Assembly (NCBI GenBank): GCA_016282055.1
Contig: JAEEJT010000204.1
Span: 1 to 28,489, forward strand
Direction: 5' to 3'
From: Bacilli bacterium
GTDB taxonomy: Bacteria > Bacillota_I > Bacilli_A > ML615J-28 > CAG-698
DNA length: 28,489 nt
In this document: one piece after another, positions 1 through 6,501 of the stretch
Layout: every line of letters begins with the position of its first letter
Position numbering within the stretch: position 1 is the first letter of the stretch
Notes under the pieces: model-generated
Databases searched by the model: none
Seen by the model: only the letters and a program-made list of their open reading frames with translations
Told to the model about the DNA's origin: nothing
Made by a program: the position numbers and the translations under genes

Positions 1-1308
1 TTACTTGAGGGAGTAATTAAAATAAAAGCTAGTGTTAAAGCAACTGATTCTACGATATCAAAAATAGCTACTTTAGTTAATGAAGCAAGTAATAGTAAAG
101 CAAAAGTAACAAGAATTACTGATAAAGTAAGTGGTATATTTTGTTTTGTTATAATGGGAGTTAGTTTACTTACATTACTTTTAAATATGTTAATAACAAA
201 AGATGTTAGTATTTCTATGAATAGAATGATTAGTGTACTTGTTGTAAGTTGTCCATGTTCTTTAGGATTAGCTACTCCTGTATGTATTATGGTTGGTTGT
301 GGAGTTGGAGCTAAGAAAAGAATATTAATTAAGAATGCTAATGTTTTTGAAAACTTTAGTAGTGTAGATACTATTATATTTGATAAGACAAAGACACTTA
401 CTAATGGTAAGCCAAGTATTATTGAATTTAATGCTAGTAGTGATATATATAACATATGTTATTCTTTAGAAAAACTTGCAATTCATCCTTTTAGTATTGC
501 AATATGTGATTACTTAGAAACAAAGAATTGCACAAGACTTGAAATAACTAATTATAAAGAAATAGAAGGTATTGGTATATCTGGTCTATATAATAACAAT
601 ACATATTATATTGGTAATATAAATGGACTTAATAAGTTTAAACTTGATTCTATTGACGTTAAAAATAAAGCATTAGAATATTTTAATAAAGGATGCAATA
701 TATTATTTATATATGATAATAACAAAATATATAGTTATATTGTCATTAAAGATTTATTAAAACAAGATAGTAATAAATTAATTGATTTATTAAAAGATAA
801 TAATATAAAACCAGTATTATTAAGCGGAGATAAAGAAGAAATAGCTTTAGCGATATCTAAAGAATTAAATATTAATGAATATTATAGTGAAGTATTACCA
901 ATAGATAAAGGTAATATTGTTAATGCGATAAAAGAAAAATCAGGGAAGATTTCTTATTGTGGAGATGGAGTTAATGATAGTTTGGCTTTAGTTAATAGTG
1001 ATGTTGGTATATCATTTAATGAAGCAAGTGATATTGCTATTGAAAATAGTGATATTATTATTATGAATGATGATATCATTAATATAATTAATGCATATAA
1101 ATTATCAAAACTTGTTATGAGAAAAATAAAAGAGAATTTGTTTTGGGCTTTCTTTTATAATCTATTTGGTATACTTCTTGCATGTGGTATTTTAAGTAGT
1201 ATTCTACATATTACATTTAATCCAATGATATCTAGTATACTTATGTCTATTAGTAGTTTGTTTGTTGTAATTAATTCTCTATTTATTAATAGGTTTAAAA
1301 GTGTTTAA
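1..1308 (+). CDS. copA: Heavy-metal (Cu+) P1B-type ATPase, 5' end outside the window
   Basis: Frame is open from base 1 (LLEGVIKIKASV...TISKIATLVNEASNSKA...). Motifs: CPCSLGLATP, DKTKTLT (phosphorylation motif, atypical), HP, SGD, GDGVND, NLFWAFFYN and MSISS. CPC + YN + MxxxS is the P1B-1 Cu+ signature. Confidence 0.9.
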   Translation, partial: LLEGVIKIKASVKATDSTISKIATLVNEASNSKAKVTRITDKVSGIFCFVIMGVSLLTLLLNMLITKDVSISMNRMISVLVVSCPCSLGLATPVCIMVGCGVGAKKRILIKNANVFENFSSVDTIIFDKTKTLTNGKPSIIEFNASSDIYNICYSLEKLAIHPFSIAICDYLETKNCTRLEITNYKEIEGIGISGLYNNNTYYIGNINGLNKFKLDSIDVKNKALEYFNKGCNILFIYDNNKIYSYIVIKDLLKQDSNKLIDLLKDNNIKPVLLSGDKEEIALAISKELNINEYYSEVLPIDKGNIVNAIKEKSGKISYCGDGVNDSLALVNSDVGISFNEASDIAIENSDIIIMNDDIINIINAYKLSKLVMRKIKENLFWAFFYNLFGILLACGILSSILHITFNPMISSILMSISSLFVVINSLFINRFKSV

Positions 1309-1323
1309 AATTTATTAAAATCT

Positions 1324-1360
1324 ATTGATTTTATATATATTTAATTGATTTTACATACAT
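1324..1360 (+). repeat. Imperfect 17-bp direct repeat with 20-bp period
   Basis: ATTGATTTTATATATAT (1324-1340) and ATTGATTTTACATACAT (1344-1360), 15/17 identical. The second copy overlaps the predicted -35. Confidence 0.6.
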
Positions 1361-1373
1361 ATTATGATATAAT
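1345..1373 (+). promoter_or_regulatory. Sigma-70/SigA promoter for the GKRP-like gene
   Basis: TTGATT (1345-1350), 17-bp spacer, TG-A-TATAAT (-10 at 1368-1373). RBS AAGGAGGT at 1427-1434. Confidence 0.65.
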
Positions 1374-1441
1374 ATTTTCAGTTATTTAAACAAATATAAC
1401 AATGTTTATATAAATTTAATTCATTCAAGGAGGTATAAGAA

Positions 1442-3211
1442 ATGAATTATAAAGAAGCTGCAAAAGATTTCTTAGAAAATGAAAAGCAATTTCATTTAGG
1501 AGTTATTCCTACTGAACAATCTAACCCATTAACAAGAAATCTAAGTGCTACAATTCAAAGAAATACAGAAGAAGGAGTTAGCATGATTTTAAGTGCTGAC
1601 GTTAATATTCCTACTGTAGCTGCAAAAGCTGTTAAAACTAAAAATTTCCAAAGATTAGTTGCAGATATTAAGAGAGTAATGTATGAAAATAAACGTGTTG
1701 TTATCTCTAGTGTTGGTGCATCTGGAAGAATGGCTATTCAAATTGATGCTGCTTGGAGATATTTCTGGACTAATTTAGCTACTAAATTACCTGAAAAAGC
1801 TGAAAAGTTCTTATACAACGCTAACCGTGTAGAAAGTTTTACTACTGGTGGAGATAGAGCTCTTGTTAGATCTGTTGAAAACTTTGAAGACTATATGACA
1901 TTTGGTGCTCAACAAGTAAGAGATGCTAATATGGGTCCTGGAGATGTATTATTAGGATTATCTGAATGTGGTTTAAGTGCTAGTATTAATGGTAGTGTTT
2001 GTGAAGCTGATGATTTAGGATGCACAACTTATTACTTACACTGCAATCCAAAAGAGATTTTATACGAACATCTAGAAAGATGCCGTAAAGTATTTGATAG
2101 ACCAAAAGTTATTAAAATGCCTTTATTCGTTGGTAATATGGCTGTTAGTGGTTCTACTCGTATGCAAGTAACTACTGTTGAATTATTAGTAGCTGGTGCT
2201 GCATTAGAACTTGCTTGTAACGAATGGTGTCAAGAAAACTTATCTAAAGAAGAACTTGAAGTTGCTGGTTTAGTTGCTTTAGAAGCTAAAGATTATGCTA
2301 GTGAATTCAAGAAATTAAATAAAGCTTTAGCTACAGGTAAAGGATGCAAAGGTTTAGCTGAATTTATCGAATTAGAAAAGAGTGTTTATGATAAGAAAGG
2401 TTTAATTACTTATTGTACTCATGACTATTTACTTGATATCTTAACTGATACAACTGAACGTCAACCTACATTCACTCTTCCTCCATTCCGTAAGTTCAAT
2501 GATACTAACGCTGAATTAAGCTGGGCTTATGTTAAAGATCCACTATATCCAAACGAAGTTGCATGGCAACATGTATTCCGTCGTCCTATGAAGGGTCTTG
2601 ATTGGACTAAAGAAGATTATATTAGACTTGAAGCAAGTCAAGCTATTATTGACAATCCACCAAGTGTTGGAACTGATGAAGTATGTCAATATAACATTGG
2701 TAATTGTGATGATCCATCTAGATATTCTCGTAAACCAAACTGCTTAGTTTGCTTAGATATCAATGGTAGTGCAACTCCTGAAGTTATGGCTTGGTTCAAA
2801 GAAGAAGTTAAGAAATTTGATAAGGGTGTTGTTGTTCGTATGGGTAATATCGGTAAAGGTAAATTATACGAAAACGAAATCAAGATTCCTGTTAAATTAA
2901 AGAGAACTTCTAACGAGTTATTAACTCACTTAATGGTTAAATTAGCATTCAATACTGTAAGTACTGGTACAATGGCTAAGATGGGAAGAGTTTGGGGTAA
3001 CTGGATGATTCAAGTTTTACCAACAAACAAGAAATTAATTGACCGTTCTACACGTATTATCGCTAATATAGCTGGTATTCCATATGAAGAAGCTCTAGAA
3101 GAATTCTTCAAATCATATCTAGGAAGAGATCCAAAAGAAGAATATCGTGAAAGCTATGTTGTTGAAACATTAAAGCGTTTAGGAAAAGATCCTAGTCAAG
3201 ATTTAAAATAA
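1442..3211 (+). CDS. GKRP/MurQ-family SIS-domain sugar-phosphate-binding protein (589 aa, about twice MurQ length)
   Basis: Motifs PTEQSNPLTRNL, GASGRMA, GGDRALVRSVENFED, SGSTRMQ and the C-terminal KLAFNTVSTGTMAKMGRVWGNWM...TNKKLIDR are characteristic of the MurQ/GKRP family. The MurQ catalytic DASECPPT segment is absent (QIDAAWRYF instead). Confidence 0.75.
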   Translation: MNYKEAAKDFLENEKQFHLGVIPTEQSNPLTRNLSATIQRNTEEGVSMILSADVNIPTVAAKAVKTKNFQRLVADIKRVMYENKRVVISSVGASGRMAIQIDAAWRYFWTNLATKLPEKAEKFLYNANRVESFTTGGDRALVRSVENFEDYMTFGAQQVRDANMGPGDVLLGLSECGLSASINGSVCEADDLGCTTYYLHCNPKEILYEHLERCRKVFDRPKVIKMPLFVGNMAVSGSTRMQVTTVELLVAGAALELACNEWCQENLSKEELEVAGLVALEAKDYASEFKKLNKALATGKGCKGLAEFIELEKSVYDKKGLITYCTHDYLLDILTDTTERQPTFTLPPFRKFNDTNAELSWAYVKDPLYPNEVAWQHVFRRPMKGLDWTKEDYIRLEASQAIIDNPPSVGTDEVCQYNIGNCDDPSRYSRKPNCLVCLDINGSATPEVMAWFKEEVKKFDKGVVVRMGNIGKGKLYENEIKIPVKLKRTSNELLTHLMVKLAFNTVSTGTMAKMGRVWGNWMIQVLPTNKKLIDRSTRIIANIAGIPYEEALEEFFKSYLGRDPKEEYRESYVVETLKRLGKDPSQDLK

Positions 3212-3219
3212 AAAATAAT

Positions 3220-3252
3220 AAAGACTTTCTAGAATTTTAGAAAGTCTTTTTT
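3220..3252 (+). terminator. Intrinsic terminator
   Basis: Stem AAAGACTTTCTA (3220-3231) / TAGAAAGTCTTT (3238-3249), 6-nt loop, T-run to 3252, 8 nt after the stop codon. Confidence 0.85.
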
Positions 3253-3269
3253 AGATAAAAGGAGCAATT

Positions 3270-4133
3270 ATGAAAGTATTAGTAATAGGTTTATCTGGTG
3301 AATCAGTATTTTTAAACGTTGATCATTTTAATAATATTGGTGAAACTATACACACTAAAAATAGATTCGTTGAGCCTGGTGGTAAAGGTTATAATCAAGC
3401 TATAGGACTTGGTAGACTAGGAGTAGATGTTAGTTTCATATCAATAGTTGGTAATGATAGTTATTCTAAAACTATTAAGGATGTATTAGTTGAAAATAAT
3501 GTTAAACCATTATTAATAAAAAAAGATAGTTTATCTGATTATGCTGTAATTGTAACTGATAAAACTGGAGAAAATCATGTTATTGTTGATTCTAGTTTGT
3601 CAAGTACTATTACATTTAGTGATATATTAATGTTTGATAAAGAAATACAAGAATGTGATATTATATTATTACAAAATGAATATCCTAAAGATGTATTATA
3701 TAGTATTATTGATTATTACTATAAATTAGGTAAAACTATTGTTTTAAATCCTGCTCCAAGACTTGAATTAAATGAAGAGTATATTAAAAAAATAGATTAT
3801 ATTATTCCTAATGAATTTGAACTTACTAGTTTAGCAAAAGATCATGTATATGAGACTTTATATAATAAAGGTTTAAAACATATAATCTGTACTCGTGGTA
3901 GTAAAGATGTATGTTATTATAATGGAAGTTATCATTATTTTGAAGTAGAAAAAGTAAATGTTGTTGATACAACTGGTGCTGGTGATAGTTTTTGTAGTGG
4001 AATAGTATATGGAATTGCTAATAACATGGATATATTTGATACTATTAGATTTGCTATAAAGGTAAGTGCATATAAGATTACTAAAAAAGGTGCTATTAGT
4101 GGACTACCTTATCTAGCTGATATTAAGGAGTAG
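3270..4133 (+). CDS. rbsK: Ribokinase / PfkB-family carbohydrate kinase
   Basis: PGGKGYNQA, LLQNE, LNPAP, IIPNEFE and DTTGAGDSF PfkB signatures. RBS AAGGAG upstream. Confidence 0.85.
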   Translation: MKVLVIGLSGESVFLNVDHFNNIGETIHTKNRFVEPGGKGYNQAIGLGRLGVDVSFISIVGNDSYSKTIKDVLVENNVKPLLIKKDSLSDYAVIVTDKTGENHVIVDSSLSSTITFSDILMFDKEIQECDIILLQNEYPKDVLYSIIDYYYKLGKTIVLNPAPRLELNEEYIKKIDYIIPNEFELTSLAKDHVYETLYNKGLKHIICTRGSKDVCYYNGSYHYFEVEKVNVVDTTGAGDSFCSGIVYGIANNMDIFDTIRFAIKVSAYKITKKGAISGLPYLADIKE

Positions 4134-4135
4134 AT

Positions 4136-5206
4136 ATGATAAAAGCAATTAGTGTTGGAGTTAAGTTATCAAATGTTACTTTTGATAAGTTTAATTCTGA
4201 AATGAATGAATTAACTGAATTATGTAAAGCTTGTGATATTGAAATAGTAGATAGTATATATCAAGAACTTGATTCTTTTAATAGTGAGTTTTATTGTGGT
4301 AGTGGTAAGGTTAGTGAAATTAAAGATAAATCTTTAGAAAATGAAGCAAGTATTATAGTTTTTAATGATGAACTTACACCTAGTCAAATAAGTCATTTAG
4401 ATGAAGCTATTGGCATTACTATTTATGATAGAACATATCTAATTCTTGAAATATTTAAACAAAGAAGTAAAACTAAAGAATCTATTCTTCAAGTGGAACT
4501 TGCTAGTATTTTATATATGAAGCCAAGATTACAAGCATTAATGAATGGATTTGATAGACAAGGTGGAGGTGGTGGAGGCTTACACTCTAAGGGTGAAGGT
4601 GAAACCAAACTTGATCTAAAGAAACGTCTAACAAATGATAGAATACATGCTTTAAAAATAGAACTTGAAAAACTTAAAAAAGTAAGACAAACTCAAAGAA
4701 AAACAAGACATAATAATGAAATAAAGAATGTATGTCTTGTTGGATACACTAATAGTGGAAAATCAACTCTTCTTAATACTTTTTTAAAGATGAGTAAGGA
4801 TTATACAAAAGAAAAAGAAGTTTTTTCTAAGAATATGCTTTTTGCAACTCTTGAAACAAAAGCTCGTCAAGTAACATTAAATCAAAATAGATTTGTATTA
4901 ACTGATACAGTAGGTTTTATAGAAAAATTACCTCATTCTTTAATAGAAGCTTTTAAATCTACGCTTGAAGAAGTTAGTCAAGCAGATTTATTACTTCATG
5001 TAATTGATATATCTAATCCTGATTATCTAAATCAAATGGAAATTACATCTAGTGTATTAAAGGAATTAAAAGCAGATAATATTCCTACTATTAATGTATT
5101 TAATAAGATTGATTTAGTAAATCAATCATATGTTAAAAATGAATACTTTGATAGTATTAGAATTAGTGCTAAAATAATATTAACATTGAATATTTATATC
5201 AAATGA
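4136..5206 (+). CDS. hflX: GTPase HflX, N-terminal and G domains (C-terminal domain separated by a frameshift)
   Basis: GSGKVSEI, LTPSQ, DRTYLILEIF, G1 GYTNSGKS, LFATLE, G3 DTVGF, G4 NKID and G5 ISAK. After ISAK the frame loses similarity. Confidence 0.92.
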   Translation: MIKAISVGVKLSNVTFDKFNSEMNELTELCKACDIEIVDSIYQELDSFNSEFYCGSGKVSEIKDKSLENEASIIVFNDELTPSQISHLDEAIGITIYDRTYLILEIFKQRSKTKESILQVELASILYMKPRLQALMNGFDRQGGGGGGLHSKGEGETKLDLKKRLTNDRIHALKIELEKLKKVRQTQRKTRHNNEIKNVCLVGYTNSGKSTLLNTFLKMSKDYTKEKEVFSKNMLFATLETKARQVTLNQNRFVLTDTVGFIEKLPHSLIEAFKSTLEEVSQADLLLHVIDISNPDYLNQMEITSSVLKELKADNIPTINVFNKIDLVNQSYVKNEYFDSIRISAKIILTLNIYIK

Positions 5207-5406
5207 TATTAAATAAATTATATCAAGATTATGAATTATTAGAATTATTTATTCCATATGATAATAGTAGTATCTTTTATAAATATTACAATGATTTAAT
5301 TATATTAGGTTTAAAAAAGAATGATAATGGATTACTTGTTAAGATAAAAGCGAGTAAGGAGATATCTAATAAACTAAATATATATAAAAATACTGGAAGA
5401 GATTAA
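5203..5406 (+). CDS. hflX: Detached C-terminal domain of HflX (67 aa)
   Basis: ELFIPYD...GLLVKIK resembles the HflX C-terminal domain. Adding one A to AAAA at 5171-5174 fuses it in frame as ISAKNNINIEYLYQMILNKL. Confidence 0.75.
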   Translation: MILNKLYQDYELLELFIPYDNSSIFYKYYNDLIILGLKKNDNGLLVKIKASKEISNKLNIYKNTGRD

Positions 5407-5420
5407 TCTCTTCCAGTTTT
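5386..5420. terminator. Perfect 26-bp palindrome; probable bidirectional terminator containing both stop codons
   Basis: ACTGGAAGAGA-TTAA-TCTCTTCCAGT (5392-5417). It is followed by T residues on the + strand (5418-5420) and by ATTTTT on the - strand (complement of 5391-5386). Confidence 0.75.
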
Positions 5421-6404
5421 AAAATTATCATATAATTCTAATGCTTTGTTATATATTTCTAAAGTGTTATCATAACTAATTATATCTTTTGCTTTTTTAG
5501 CATCAACCCAAATACCACTTGAGAATATATTTTCAAGATGGAATGCTTGTTTTTGATCTAATACATATGCAAAACAATCAATATGTTTTGTTATCATTTC
5601 ATTACCAAATGGATTAAATAATTCATCTTTGTTATATTTAAAATGACTTGTTGAGAATGTATATTGGTAGTTACCACAATTGCCTAGACAGTATGCATTT
5701 TTGATATCTACACCACTTTCTTCAAGGCATTCTCTAATAGACGCATCTTTACTTGTTTCTCCTTTTTCAATGTGTCCTTTTGGAAATACATATTCATTTC
5801 TTAGGGTTTGTAAAAGAAGAACTTGGTTAGAACAAAATACTATAGCAAGACCAGAGTATTCTTGTTTGTTTTGTTTTTTTGATTTTAAAACAAGTTTTTC
5901 TAAGCTCATTTTGCCATCATAAACATCTTTTGGAAAGTCATATTTACACATTGCAAAATCAAGTAATGATAATTTATCTTGTTTGAACTTTTTAATATAT
6001 GCTTGAAATTTATCACATTCTTGTTTTATTAGATAATTTTTCTTATTAGCACCTTTACAATAAAAATAATGATCTGAAGTATTATCTAGTGCAACAAACC
6101 ATTTGTTTGAATATTCATATATAATAAATGAATTACTATCTGTTATTTTTCCATCATTATAATACAATAAATATGATTCGCAATTAATATTATTTTTAAT
6201 AAAAAAATCACGATATATCTCAACGATATCAAATGATAGACCAGTTTTTGATTTTCTTAGGTCATCTGGTGTTTGTAGTTTATAATTTTCATCACATGAT
6301 GCATACTCGTCAAGATGTTTAACCCCATCTTTATCAAAGTATCCAATCTTAATATTATAGACAAACTTAGACAACTCCTTTAACTTTTTTAAGACTTCAA
6401 TCAT
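5403..6404 (-). CDS. NUDIX hydrolase with an N-terminal extra domain (possibly degenerate transglutaminase-like)
   Basis: Complete Nudix box GHIEKGETSKDASIRECLEESG (5777-5712), preceded by YVFPK. RBS GAGGT upstream. About 180 aa of extra N-terminal sequence. Confidence 0.85.
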   Translation of the reverse strand: MIEVLKKLKELSKFVYNIKIGYFDKDGVKHLDEYASCDENYKLQTPDDLRKSKTGLSFDIVEIYRDFFIKNNINCESYLLYYNDGKITDSNSFIIYEYSNKWFVALDNTSDHYFYCKGANKKNYLIKQECDKFQAYIKKFKQDKLSLLDFAMCKYDFPKDVYDGKMSLEKLVLKSKKQNKQEYSGLAIVFCSNQVLLLQTLRNEYVFPKGHIEKGETSKDASIRECLEESGVDIKNAYCLGNCGNYQYTFSTSHFKYNKDELFNPFGNEMITKHIDCFAYVLDQKQAFHLENIFSSGIWVDAKKAKDIISYDNTLEIYNKALELYDNFKTGRD

Positions 6405-6422
6405 GTTTAACCTCTTAAAAAA

Positions 6423-6451
6423 ATATTATCATAAATTAATATATTAGTCAA
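6423..6451 (-). promoter_or_regulatory. SigA promoter for the NUDIX gene
   Basis: On the minus strand: TTGACT (6451-6446), 17-bp spacer, TG-A-TAATAT (-10 at 6428-6423). Confidence 0.5.
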
Positions 6452-6453
6452 TA

Positions 6454-6482
6454 TTAACAAAAAAATAAGAATATGATATAAT
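6454..6482 (+). promoter_or_regulatory. SigA promoter for the helicase-like operon
   Basis: TTAACA (6454-6459), 17-bp spacer, TG-A-TATAAT (-10 at 6477-6482). RBS GAGGT at 6491-6495. Confidence 0.6.
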
Positions 6483-6501
6483 AATTTTAAGAGGTATAAT
6501 T

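Noticed and set aside
154-156. ATG 154 as the ATPase start
   Set aside because: The frame is open and ATPase-like from base 1, so the gene starts upstream of the window.
2686-2883. 65-aa minus-strand ORF
   Set aside because: Antisense shadow inside the conserved GKRP-like gene; no RBS or motif.
1442-3211. Calling the gene murQ
   Set aside because: It is twice the usual length and lacks the DASECPPT catalytic segment.
5680-5922. 80-aa plus-strand ORF
   Set aside because: Antisense to the Nudix box region of a well-supported gene.
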